Source of the DNA: Fistulifera solaris
Taxonomy: Eukaryota
NCBI GenBank assembly: GCA_030295235.1
Contig: AP026124.1
Location: 744,001 to 808,000 of the forward strand
Reading direction: 5' to 3'
DNA length: 64,000 nt
The position numbers and the translations under genes were made by a program. Position 1 is the first letter of the stretch. The number at the start of each line of letters is the position of its first letter. Below the pieces are notes generated by a model. The model worked only from the letters and a program-made list of their open reading frames with translations. It was not told the origin of the DNA and ran no database searches. Below, piece after piece: positions 24,373-35,630 of the stretch.

Positions 24373-25759
24373 ATGTCCGACTACTCTTCTTCGTCCGATA
24401 GTGACGATGGCGAAAAAAGTTCGTATTTCGCTCAAACTTTCAGCGAGTTGCAACCAGCACGACTTGGAAGTATCGTCGGAACCAGTCGCCGTTCCGGTCG
24501 ATGTGACACGCAGAGGACTTTCTGCCATCATCAATCATTTGCTGGATCGGAAACAAGCGGAGCCGAAAGAAGAAGACGAAGACGATGACAGTAGTAAATT
24601 GCCTTCCTTGAATTTTGATTTCATTTTGGGGTCGAGCAATAAATTGTTGCGAACTTCGGTGGGAAGAGAAGCCCGTCGTCAGGGGCACAATTTCGAACAA
24701 GCCATTACTATTACGTACTTTCCTTCACAACCGGCACCCGAAGATCAAGGAGAAAGTGAACCGATGCCGGATTGGATTGGGGCCTTGTCGGCGGTATCCG
24801 GAATGGTCTTTGCGGGATGTTATGACGGTTCTTTGCAAGTTCTGCATGAAGAAACGATGGAGCCTTTAGTGCCGCGCGTCTTTTCTCATACAGGAGCCAT
24901 CAAATGTATTTCATCTGTAGCACGCGATGATGATTCGTATTACGTGGCGACAGGATCTATGGATCATTCCCTCTCGGTGCAACTCTATCAAGACCAAGCA
25001 TTGCAACAAGTGGCGTCGTGTATAGAAGGTCACAATGCGGCAATATCAAGTGCTGATTTCGGCAGCAGTTCTCAGCTAGCAAGTGGAGATTGGGGCGGTG
25101 AACTGTATCTTTGGAATTTAAATCAAGACATCTCAGAACAGGCGACCGTGAAAAAGGCCAAGAAAGACAAAAGCAGTGAAACAGCTAGTCATTTTCGCTC
25201 TTTAACACCCACTGGCTCCATGAAAGCACATTCCTCGCAAATCACTGGTATTGCGTGGAACAGTTCGGATCAAATGATAACAGGTAGCTGGGACCATAGT
25301 ATCAAAGTGTGGAATGTGGAACGCCAAGATTGTTTGCTAACGCTGAACAGTTCCCGCGTGGTCACCTGTTTAGACGCCTCTCGGGTCTCGGCGGCATTAG
25401 CCACGGGACATCCCGATTGCACAGTCCGTCTTTGGGATGTCCGCACGAAATCCGAAACATCGTCCTGGTCCGTGTCCGACAACACCTTCCGTCCCAGTCA
25501 CAAAGCATGGGTCTCCGCGGTGCAGTGGTTCGATGCTTACCAATTGGTGACAACGAGTCATGATGGTATGGTGAAATGGTGGGACATTCGATCGTCTCTT
25601 CCGTTGCATTCGATACGCGCGTTTTCTAAAAACAAGGGCCTCGCACTGTCGACCACATCTTCGGCCATTTACGTGGGTGGGACGGACAATCGAGTGAAAC
25701 GATTACAAATACCGCAAAGTGGTATGGATGTACATGAAAAAGGAATCGCTAAACAATAA
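24373..25759 (+). CDS. YTM1: Ribosome biogenesis protein Ytm1/WDR12 (NLE domain + WD40); start at 24373 via an A-run indel, or at 24407
   Basis: PVAVP...GLSAIINHLL...FDF NLE domain, PDWI, and several WD40 repeats (GSWDHSIKVWN, HPDCTVRLWD). Confidence 0.88.
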
Positions 25760-25820
25760 AAAATCCTCCTTTTCGAATAAGTGTTCAAACGTAAGACTAC
25801 TCTATAAGGGCCGGATGAAT

Positions 25821-26874
25821 TTAGCATCTATTTGTTGTATCGGAGGTTGGGACGCAATGGGAAAGGGTTAACATCGATGCTGGACTATCCTCATGCGCTG
25901 AACAATTTCGTTTTCGATTTTGAAGTTGTTGATGCGTAAGAGGAACACTAAAAAGAACCAAGTTGCGTGCAGTGGCAGTCTCGTGGAAAGCGAGCTGTGC
26001 TTTCTGTGCATGGGGGTACTTCTGTGTCAAATACAACAGCAATCCGGAATAGTCGCGTACGCGCTTACCGTCTAGCAACATCCGGTGTGGAAACTGCGCC
26101 GGAAACACGCAACAGGGAACGACGCAAAATGGAATATTCAGCACTTCTGCTAATTCGAAGCAAAAATCTGTTGCCTGGTCGGGATGGAAGGCCACAATCA
26201 ATTTACATTTCTGGATAAGATCCCATGCTTTTTTCGGATCTGTTACACTGATATTCTGTGGAGCTTGCGGAAGGTCCGTATTGTTGTTTGTGATTGCCGT
26301 AGCTCGAGCCCAGTATAATACCCACTCAACTTGTTTTCCCTGTTGAGCAGCCTGTACGGCTTGGACGAGGTTTTCATCGACCCAGATGGGAAAATGCTGG
26401 GGAGTCTGAAACTCATCGGTGGGCAATGCCGGCAACAACGTCGCCAATGGCTGGTGAGTCGGCTTATTTCGAATCGCTCGTAAAGCCGCTTCGTCCGGAT
26501 ACTTTCTCAAATAGTCAATGGACCGGAGAATATGTTGATGTTGTGTAGGCCGAGGATCGACGACAATGGAACGATACCCATCTGCATTCGACAGCAGCCA
26601 CGAGAGATCACCTTTTCCGCCGGCAATGTCCAATATAACGTCGCCCTGTGATAGATAATCGCCTCCGTATGTTTCTGCGAGAAAATCACGAAACACATAG
26701 ACTCGATTCTTGCGAGAGCAAGCGCGTATACTTGGGAGTGTCGTTGTTGTCATTACAAGAAAAGATTCTTCTCGCCCCTTGCAACATTTCTTCTTGTGTC
26801 TCCAAACGAGGTACTAGAGTTTCTCTTTTAACCTTTCGTATCAATTGTTCGAGTCGGTTATCTTTCACATTCAT
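25821..26874 (-). CDS. Putative SAM-dependent methyltransferase-like protein; probable frameshift near 26760
   Basis: ILDIAGGKGDLS (motif I), VVDPR, FHPDQATD, PFCVVPCCVF. Confidence 0.7.
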
Positions 26875-27386
26875 CGTTCACCATCAATTGTAACACCAAA
26901 CATCTCATTCAACCAATACAACCGATGCAATGTTGTAAACGTCGAATGCGAGAAAAAATCCTGTGCTACTACCAGTAGTACCAGGCCCTTGCATTTTTGG
27001 CCGAATGACTACGTAGTAGCAAAACACAACACCTTGAAAGTTCAAGATAACGGACTTCTACTAATTTTTAAAGTAGGTTTAACTCGGATCTAAGCAGAAA
27101 ATGTAGTAGGAATTGCACAACGGTACTCGATGGTTGTCGAAAGTTGCAGAGGATGCACGGACAGAGTGGACCCTCAGTCAGACTCGTGATTCAGAGAGTA
27201 AACAGAGTAACACTGACATACAATGTGCTATCAACTTACACGGGACACGCTGAAAAGAAGTGGATGGTTGATTATTATTTCTCGCATCGATCGACAGCCG
27301 CAGAACTACAAGGTATAACGTTTATGTAATACCTGGTACAGTTCCTTGAAACAAACAAAGCAATTGAACTTGAACCGACATAAAAG

Positions 27387-28388
27387 ATGAGGAAATCTAC
27401 ACCCGCCGGGCAAATGACGCGCGGCGCCAATTCCGGCCCCGCCATTATGTTAATGCCGCCGCACATCCGCTCCACGTTCATGCCGAATCCTCCGTTGAAA
27501 CCTATTCCTCCTCTTACCAAACGACGGAAGCAAGAATGGCAGGGAATGACCGCTTATTTGAAGCATTTTGAAACGACTCCTCCACCGGAACGGATCGTTC
27601 AACCGACACCCAAATCTTTGCGAGAAGAACGACGAAAGAAACAAAAGGAACAAGTCGAAAATGAACTGGCGCCAAAAATTGAAGATTATCGCAAACAGCA
27701 AAAGGCCAGTGGTGGAGAATTTCAAGGAATGAACTGCTATAATACACTGTTCGTGGGCAGGTTGGCGTACGAAGTCACCGAACGAAAGTTGTTACGCGAA
27801 ATGGAAACATTTGGGCCGGTCAAGGACATTAAAATTGTCAAGGACCAAGAGGGCAAGTCGCGAGGGTATGCGTTCGTCGAATACGAACACGAAGAAGATA
27901 TGAAACGAGCGTATCGAGCAGCGGATGCCATGCGGATTGAGGGGCGTGAAATTGTCGCCGATGTCGAACGAGGACACACGGTACCCTCGTGGCTTCCGCG
28001 TCGCCTGGGAGGTGGTTTGGGAGGCACCCGATTGGGTGGGAAAGATGTTAATGTTACGTTTCCGGGTCGATTTGATCCGGCGCGACCAGAAGCTTCGCAA
28101 CCGGTGGCGCCCATGGGAGGAATGGGACGTGGTGGAGGCGGCCCTCCACCACCACCCCATTTGGGATACGGCGGTGGTCCTCCTGGTCCCGGTCGTGGAC
28201 GGGGCTTTCGTGACGGTCCTCCGCCGCCCCCTCGATTTGGAATGGGACGTGGTGGACCTCCTCCTCCGGACAGATACGGAGGACCTCCTCCCGATCGTTA
28301 CGGCGGTCCTCCAAACGATCGCAAACGCCCACGCGATTTCCCCGATCGAGATGGCGGTCGATTCGATCGCCGTGATAGGCGTTATTAA
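27387..28388 (+). CDS. SNRNP70: U1 snRNP 70 kDa protein
   Basis: N-terminal MPP..F.P.PPL, RRM (TLFVGRL, RGYAFVEY), DVERGHTVPSWLPRRLGGGLGG. Confidence 0.95.
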   Translation: MRKSTPAGQMTRGANSGPAIMLMPPHIRSTFMPNPPLKPIPPLTKRRKQEWQGMTAYLKHFETTPPPERIVQPTPKSLREERRKKQKEQVENELAPKIEDYRKQQKASGGEFQGMNCYNTLFVGRLAYEVTERKLLREMETFGPVKDIKIVKDQEGKSRGYAFVEYEHEEDMKRAYRAADAMRIEGREIVADVERGHTVPSWLPRRLGGGLGGTRLGGKDVNVTFPGRFDPARPEASQPVAPMGGMGRGGGGPPPPPHLGYGGGPPGPGRGRGFRDGPPPPPRFGMGRGGPPPPDRYGGPPPDRYGGPPNDRKRPRDFPDRDGGRFDRRDRRY

Positions 28389-28425
28389 GAAGCAACTTAG
28401 TAATTATTATCATTGTTACAATCTG

Positions 28426-28959
28426 CTATACGTACGAATTGGAGTCTGCTATGTTTTCCTTTTGTTCTTCGTCAGCCATGATCTGAATCGCGTTTTCGAC
28501 GGCTCGCCACACACGATCGACATCGTCTTCATAGAGAATTCTTTGAAAAACTCGTTGTGAGAATTCAGAAGCAGTCATGCCTTCTAAACTCACAGGGCCT
28601 ACAAAATCGTCGTGTTCAATCCCGACACACGGAGCTTGTTGACATGCGCCAAGACACGGAGATTCTTCAATTCGTATAGTAGAATATCGGTCTTGTATGC
28701 GCGAATAAAAAGCTACAAATGTAGCGTATGGATCCATATTCAAAGCTTTTCGTTTCGCTGCACACGACGTGGAACAACAGGTCAATATTTTGAATTTCTC
28801 CGCCGCATTTGATTGTGAGTTATTAGTTTGAGGGTTCGTCGAGTTGTCGTGAGCCATGAAAAGTGTGTGCCTCATTCGACATTCTGTCAAGGAAGGACCA
28901 AAGGCCAGCGCCGCTGATGTCAAGGACAGCACGCTAGAAACAAATAAGCCGAAATTCAT
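28426..28959 (-). CDS. Thioredoxin-like [2Fe-2S] ferredoxin-family protein, probably plastid-targeted
   Basis: Signal peptide ending ALA-FGP; CCSTSC ... PCLGACQQAP cysteine pattern. Confidence 0.65.
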   Translation of the reverse strand: MNFGLFVSSVLSLTSAALAFGPSLTECRMRHTLFMAHDNSTNPQTNNSQSNAAEKFKILTCCSTSCAAKRKALNMDPYATFVAFYSRIQDRYSTIRIEESPCLGACQQAPCVGIEHDDFVGPVSLEGMTASEFSQRVFQRILYEDDVDRVWRAVENAIQIMADEEQKENIADSNSYV

Positions 28960-29073
28960 ACAGGGTATGCCATGAATCTCTACTGGTATAAATGGTTTAG
29001 GTAATTTAGGTCGAACCATTATAGCGGCGAGCATTATATTTTCTGGGCATATGGTGAGTGTAAATGACACAAA

Positions 29074-30460
29074 CCCAGATTGTTTGGGAAACTGAAAAAA
29101 TAAAAAACTCACCCAGATTTTCTGGGGACGTTGAAAATACAACTGGTCCAGATTTTCTGGACCAGTGTAAAATTCAACTCCCCCAGACTTTCTACAAAGT
29201 AGGAAACTGAGAATGCAACCAGTCCAGATTTTCTGGGGAGGTTGAAAATACAACTGGTCCAGATTTTCTGGACCGGTGTAAATACCATTCACCCAGATTT
29301 TCTGGGGACGTTGAATATACAATTGGTCCAGATTTTCTGGACCAGTGTTAAATGCCACTTCCCCAGATTTTCTGGGAAACTGAAAATGCAACTAGTCCAG
29401 ATTTTCTGGACCAGTGTTAAATGCCACTCACCCAGATTTTCTGGGGACGTTGAAAATAAAACTGGTCCAGATTTTCTGGACCGGTGTAAAATAACCCTAA
29501 CACAGATTTTCTGGGAAACTGAAAATAAAAATGCTGGTCCAGGTTTTCGTTAAATACCACTCGTCCAGATTTTCTGAGGCCGTTGAAAATACAACTGGTC
29601 CAGATTTTCTGGACCATTGTAAAATACCCCTCACACAGATTTTCTGGATTTTGAAAATGTAAAAGCTGGTCCAGATTTTCTGGACCAGTGTAAAATTCCA
29701 CTCCCCAGACTTTCTGGGAAACTGAAAATAAAACTGGTCTAGATTTTCTGGGGAGGTTGAAAATACAATTGGTCCAGATTTTCTGGACCAGTGTAAAATA
29801 CCACTCCCCCAGATTTTCTGGATGTTGAAAATACAACTGCTCCAGATTTTCTGGATGTTGAAAATACAACTGGTCCAGATTTTCTGGATGTTGAAAATAC
29901 AACTGCTCCAGATTTTCTGGATGTTGAAAATACAACTGGTCCAGATTTTCTGGACCAGTGTAAAATACCACTCCCCAAGTTTTTCTGGAAACGCGACAAT
30001 ACAAAAGGTCCAGATTTTCTGGACCAGTGAAAATACCAGGTACTACGGTACTACTCTCCCAGATTTTCTAAGAAACTGAAAATAAAACTGGTCCAGATTT
30101 TTTGGACCAGTGTAAATAACACACCCCCAGATTTTCTGGGGACGTTGAAAATACAACAGATCCAGATTTTCTAGACCAGTGTAAATAACACACCCAGATT
30201 TTCTGGGGATGTTGAAAAATAGAACTGGTCCAGATTTTCTGGACCAGTGTAAATAACACACGCCCAGATTTTCTGGGAAACTGAAAATAAAAAACTGGTC
30301 CAGATTTTCTGGACCAGTGTTAATACCACTGGCCCAGATTTTCTGGGAAACTAAGTGAAAATACCACTGGCCCAGATTTCCTGGGAACGTGAAAAACAAC
30401 TGGTCCAAATTGTCTGGGCCAGTGAAAATACCACTCCCTAAGTTTTTCTGGGAACGTGAA
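29074..30460. repeat. Minisatellite of about 40 units (~28-34 bp) with a palindromic CCAGATTTTCTGG core; stray cores extend to about 30711
   Basis: GGTCCAGATTTTCTGGACC and CCCAGATTTTCTGGG cores alternate, separated by related A-rich linkers. Confidence 0.95.
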
Positions 30461-30915
30461 AATACAACAAAAAATGAACAACAATAATACTAAAATTTTT
30501 ATTTCTAATTTCCTAAAGTCAGAATGTAATTTTGACATTCGACTGAATTTTCCATTTTTCGTTTCATTTTGTCACAAATATTCCATCCGGCACTTCGCTG
30601 AGTAGGCTCTGGTTCAGGCTTTAGTGCTAGTAGTGCTCCAGATTTTCTGGAGATGTTTAGTTACCACACGCCCAGATGGACACAGGAAAACACTCACCCA
30701 TATTTTCTGGGAATGTGAAAACTCCTGGTGACGTGAAAACGCTTGGACATCGCCCATCGTAAACAAGGGGAAATTTTTTGCCTGTCGATGAGCGGCAGCA
30801 ATTTTTTTACTTTATGAATGCCACGATCATTGACAGCGCAAGCACCTCGAAACATAGCACAGTCTCTCCAACTTCTTGATTCGTGTCTGTATCGGGTGGC
30901 GTTGGCAAAAGGCGC

Positions 30916-31878
30916 ATGAAAATCGGCCCGTTTCTTTTCACGCGAAGTGCCATTTTCGCCGCCATTTCCTCTTCTTCGTTAACGACTGTTATGGCACTCT
31001 CTGTAATCGGAACGAACCGTATCAAAGTTATTGATTCTCACTTGCATGTATGGGCTAGTCCTGAAGAGGCCGCTGTAAAGTTCCCCTACGTTCAAGATCC
31101 TCCGGATTCTTTGAAAGATCGAGCATCGGCGTCATGTCTTATACGAGAAATGGAGGCGGCCGGAGTCGATGGGGCACTCATTGTTCAGCCCATCAATCAT
31201 AAATTTGATCATTCGTACGTAATCAACGCAATACAGACGTATCCGGATCGGTTCAAAGGAATGATGTTGTTTGATCCGAGTACGGGTGAAACAGACGCCA
31301 TGGCGCAACTCCGGGACTTGAAGGAAAAAGGCTTTGTAGGTGTGCGATTTAACCCATACCTCTGGCCGAAATTAGATGAAAATAAGTGGTCACCCATGTC
31401 CCAAGGTGTGGGACTGGCATTTTACAAAAGATGCGGGGAACTAAAGATGCCGGTAGGAATTATGTGTTTTCAAGGTTTACATCGTCATTACGACGATATC
31501 CTTGCCTTACTGGCAGCCTCACCTGAGACCACACTCATCCTGGACCATTTTGGCTTTACGACCCTCGATAGTGATGCTACGTTTGATCAGCTGCTGAGCC
31601 TAGCACAATATCCAAACGTATATGTGAAGATATCTGCATTGTTCCGCTTGAACGACAATCCACCTTTTACAAAAGTAAAAGAAAGACGTTTTATCCCGTT
31701 GTTGAATGCGTTTGGAGCCGATCGTCTCATGTATGGCTCAGACTTTCCTTTTGTTTTAGAGCAGCCCAATGGTTACGGCATGGTGCATCTGGTCTCATCA
31801 TGGATAAAAGAAGAGGACGTGAGACGAGCAATCATGGGAGGAACAGCGGAACGTGTCTTTGGCGTTTGGGAAGCCTAA
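30916..31878 (+). CDS. Amidohydrolase_2 family metal-dependent hydrolase with an N-terminal targeting sequence
   Basis: VIDSHLHVW, GVRF, ILDHFG, NVYVKIS, LMYGSDFP. Confidence 0.85.
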   Translation: MKIGPFLFTRSAIFAAISSSSLTTVMALSVIGTNRIKVIDSHLHVWASPEEAAVKFPYVQDPPDSLKDRASASCLIREMEAAGVDGALIVQPINHKFDHSYVINAIQTYPDRFKGMMLFDPSTGETDAMAQLRDLKEKGFVGVRFNPYLWPKLDENKWSPMSQGVGLAFYKRCGELKMPVGIMCFQGLHRHYDDILALLAASPETTLILDHFGFTTLDSDATFDQLLSLAQYPNVYVKISALFRLNDNPPFTKVKERRFIPLLNAFGADRLMYGSDFPFVLEQPNGYGMVHLVSSWIKEEDVRRAIMGGTAERVFGVWEA

Positions 31879-32047
31879 TTAGCTTTGTTCTCTACTTAGA
31901 AAAGCTTGGAAAAGGAGGCGCTAAATATATTTACTAAAGTTTAACTTACAATGCCGTGATAGGGGCAAACTACCTGGAAGTAACATTGTCAACGTAACGC
32001 CGGTTCGTGTTCGTGCCTGTTCAACGTCTTTTTACAATATTATCTAC

Positions 32048-33860
32048 TCACTTGGCGTATCGAGCACGTTTTTTCGCTCTTTCATCCGGAGTATTGATCT
32101 CACGAAGAGTTTGACTGGCCTTTTGCGTGCTGTGATGTTCAGCACCTCGTACCAAGAATCTTCTGTCCCGTTTTCAAGCTTGAGAAATCGGCCACCGCGC
32201 TGATGAACGAGATCCACGAGTTCTTGACTAATGAGTGTCTTCTCGTTCTTGTCGGCTTCTCTGTATCGCTCTTGGAGCATTTCTTTCAGCTCCAAATAAG
32301 TTTTGTTTCCAGGATGGTGATTCGTTCGTCCTCCTCTGTAGCGATGCGGTCAGTTGTGTGATATAATCAGAGCGACCAAGACTTCTCTCACGCTTACCTT
32401 CCAAACAGCACGTCTTGACTGTTCACTTCCACAAAAACCTTTTGAGCCGGTTCATGAACTTTACGCTGACGCTTGCGTTTCGGCTTGTCGTCTCCTAAAC
32501 TCTGTCGTCGGAGCATCTCTTCTTCACGAGGTTGCATTGATGCGAGAGCCATTGCTGCTTCAGCGGCCGAATTGTCGCCTCCATTGTAAGCTGGCGGTCT
32601 AGTCACAATAGGATTCTGTGCAAGCATTGGGTTGTCAACCGCCTGCCAGTTAGGCCGGAGTGGAACTTGAGCAACAGGAATGGGAGACACCGTACTGGCT
32701 CCATTTACCGGTAGAGCTCCCTGCATTGGCAGCTGTCTCGCTGATAAATCCCAAGCGTTGACATGATTGGTCTGAGAATTCAGTAATGCCGATCGAAAGC
32801 GTTGTTCCATCTCAAGCGACACTCCTCGAGGAAGGAACTCTTGCGTGTTAGTCAAGAAAACAGAGTTCTGTGGTGAAATCCCGCCGAAAGTCTTTGATGA
32901 CTCCAATGTTTTCAGCAAGTCTGAGGTAGAAAAGTCAACCGATTTCAACATGCTGTCCATGAAAGCAATGCTCGCATTTCTTGCTGCAATGTCAGTACTT
33001 CTATCGTTGTTATTTTGACCCGCATTCATCCAGCTCATGCTTTTCATGAACTTCATGAAAGGAGAATCTCCGTTATCCTCGGTGGGTCGGGCGTCGAGCG
33101 TTTTGAAAAATTTTAAAAGTTCATGATCTCCACCGATACTACCTGGCAACAGGTTGCTAAAGTCTGTGGGATTATTGTTGTTCGTACCCACCGATCTCAT
33201 ACCAATCGAACTCAGCATAAATCTCCGAAAAAGTTCTTTGTCCTCCACGTCGAATCCTGCCATAGGTGAGGGTAGCGTAGCAGTTGGCTCTTGCGCTAGA
33301 ATTTTGACTGGGGGAGGACCTGGTTTCCCGTCATTTTTTCGACCGTTTGTACCAAAGCCCGCCGGAGTATCTTTGGCCTGTTTCATGAAATCTCTGACAA
33401 ACTGCGCATCTCCACCGCCCTTTTTCGTCTCTACAAAAGAAGGTTTCGCAACTCCTTTGGTGACACCCAGAAAAGAAGATCCTGGATTTTTGGAATGGTC
33501 AATTATCTGTGTCGTTACAGCAGTATTTCTCGCGATGTTGAAATCTTTGGGGTACGTCCCCATCGCCGCAAGCTCGGTGGCTCGTTCTGTGCCTACGGAT
33601 CTCTGCATCAAACTAGGAAGATCTCCTTGTGTGAAGATTTGACTCGTAACTGTCTGAGAACTTTGAGATCCCGAAGAATGCAATCGAATCAAATGCTGCA
33701 AGTGACTGGCGTCCGTGCTTCGGGACAGTGAGTCACGCAACATCGCCGTAGTGGGGTCGTTGCTTTCAAAGAGTCTGCGATAAAAAGCGGCTTCTTCGAC
33801 AACGTCTTCCGCCGACACTTTTCGATCTCGATCAAATGACATGTCTGGTTTCGGTGCCAT
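32048..33860 (-). CDS. DUF6824-domain protein (diatom-expanded family); intron 32336-32397; frameshift near 32120
   Basis: Splicing gives DVLFGR|GGRTNHHPGN...GGRFLK...W..V...ARKKASQTLRE. Confidence 0.85.
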
Positions 33861-34318
33861 CGACGCGAGAGAGTGCACAGGTCAATTTGCCTTGTCTTCT
33901 TTGCTTGACGCTGCGTTGGGTTGATGATTGCGTTGGAGACGTGCTCTCTCGAAAGGCCTGCTGTACGTTTGGACGAGAGATTATTGCCACGTTCAAATAC
34001 CAGGTTGAGTATTACTCCGTGTGGTTACGTTACGACGTGGTCATTTGAGCGAGACTAGAGGAAAGAGTACCACAGTCCGAAATCTAATCCGAAAACGCCT
34101 GTCCGTCTGGTCTACTGTACGCAAGGGAATGAGATATGAGTGTGAGTTATTGGTTATTGTGGCGTGAGTCACGCTTGGAGCAGAGCCACTCTTCGTTTTT
34201 CGCGTCACGACAACAAGACAGATAGCAAAAGCTGCTTTCACTACCAGGTATTCCCTTTCAGATCCTTTTTCATTACAGTACAATTCTCGATACTGTGTTA
34301 TCTTTGTCAATACAGAAC

Positions 34319-35203
34319 ATGAGCGGCACAGAAGAGCCAACCCAGTCCACCAAATTGCTCAGTCGTGCCAAGGGACGAGCAGCTCGTCAGCGCAGACGCA
34401 AGCTACGCGACATACAAGAGGCAGAAGAAGCCTTGCGCGAAGGTCGAAGCTCATCGGCGTCAACGTCAATTCCCAGTGATCGAAGCTCTGTTTGGCCTGC
34501 TGTTCTGGATTGTAGAAGCAAATACGGCTGGAGTCAAGAGGACGAGATGGCGCTGGTGGGTCAATTGGGCTACCTTCCCGGAAACGCCATCGGTGTATGT
34601 GCTCGAGCGAGTGGAGTGACTTGTTTAGGCGACATTGATGGAGCTGAGCCTGTTGTACTAAAATTGTACCCTATTGCAGTCAGAGAGGAGTGTAGCGGCT
34701 CGTCTGCGGGTGGGCGTCGAAAGGCTAGAAAAAGAACGCGACAGGCAAAGGACATTGCGGACGCGTCCGATGCTTTTTCAGAAAAGCATCTTATCGAACC
34801 CTTCCCTACAATGTACTGGGTAACCAGCCCTATGCTTCGAATTCTAATATCCAAACTGGAACTAGAGTCTTTCGGTGTGAGACTTAAAGAGAAGCTCGAG
34901 TCGGAGACGGAAAGCCTGGAATCAATGAGGCGTGCCCATGTGGCATACGGTAAAGCGCGAAAAGAACTTTTGAGTGACTCAGATAGTGCTCTGATTATGG
35001 AACGAAAGTGGGAGTCTGCATTCGCCGAAACAAGGGGTGTTGCAGGCCTTCGGCATTATTCTGCAATTAAATGTTTACACGCTCATGCCGCGCACTTCCT
35101 GAGTGGTGAGAACGGTTCAAAGGATAATGCTGTAGGACGTTGGGTAATGGAAGAAGTCGAAAGGAGACTTCGTGAAGAAGGGGATTCTTCAAAGTGTGAA
35201 TAA
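34319..35203 (+). CDS. DUF501 family protein
   Basis: QLGYLP, PFPTMYWVT, GVAG, IKCLHAHAAHFL, NAVG. Confidence 0.8.
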   Translation: MSGTEEPTQSTKLLSRAKGRAARQRRRKLRDIQEAEEALREGRSSSASTSIPSDRSSVWPAVLDCRSKYGWSQEDEMALVGQLGYLPGNAIGVCARASGVTCLGDIDGAEPVVLKLYPIAVREECSGSSAGGRRKARKRTRQAKDIADASDAFSEKHLIEPFPTMYWVTSPMLRILISKLELESFGVRLKEKLESETESLESMRRAHVAYGKARKELLSDSDSALIMERKWESAFAETRGVAGLRHYSAIKCLHAHAAHFLSGENGSKDNAVGRWVMEEVERRLREEGDSSKCE

Positions 35204-35630
35204 GATGTCGTTGTTTCTTTCTTCCGCGGGCCCTTATTCAACATAATAGACCAACAGAACTATTGAGCTAAATTTAATTTTGCTTCTAAGAGGGTCTATA
35301 TGAACTAAGTTGGAACCTAGAGTGTTAATCGTCGATCGACGATGGCATGCGTTGATTCTAGGGCGCTCTAACCTTAGATTTTCGAAGAAGTACAACCCGC
35401 CTTACAACATTCCGAAATGTCGTAACGGCAGTAGCTTTCGCTGCTTCCCGAAAACGTCCAAAGTGTCCGTTGTTGAATTAACGTTACGGTTCTTTTCCGT
35501 TGATTTAATACAGAGCGCAACGTGCAACGCCGAACGTGTGAAACGCTGGGTTCGTCTTCATCTTCGTTATTGTAAAAGAACTAATACTTTAGCGAACTAA
35601 TTGCGTTGACCTTTTGAATGATACTTCAAA

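Noticed and set aside
29074..30460. CRISPR array (palindromic repeats with spacers)
   Set aside because: The linkers are short and homologous to one another rather than unique, no cas genes are present, and the context is eukaryotic.
28960..30538. ORFs with PENLDQLYF repeats, including the N-terminal extension of ORF 28426-29391
   Set aside because: These are translations of the minisatellite. Unit lengths vary and do not preserve frame.
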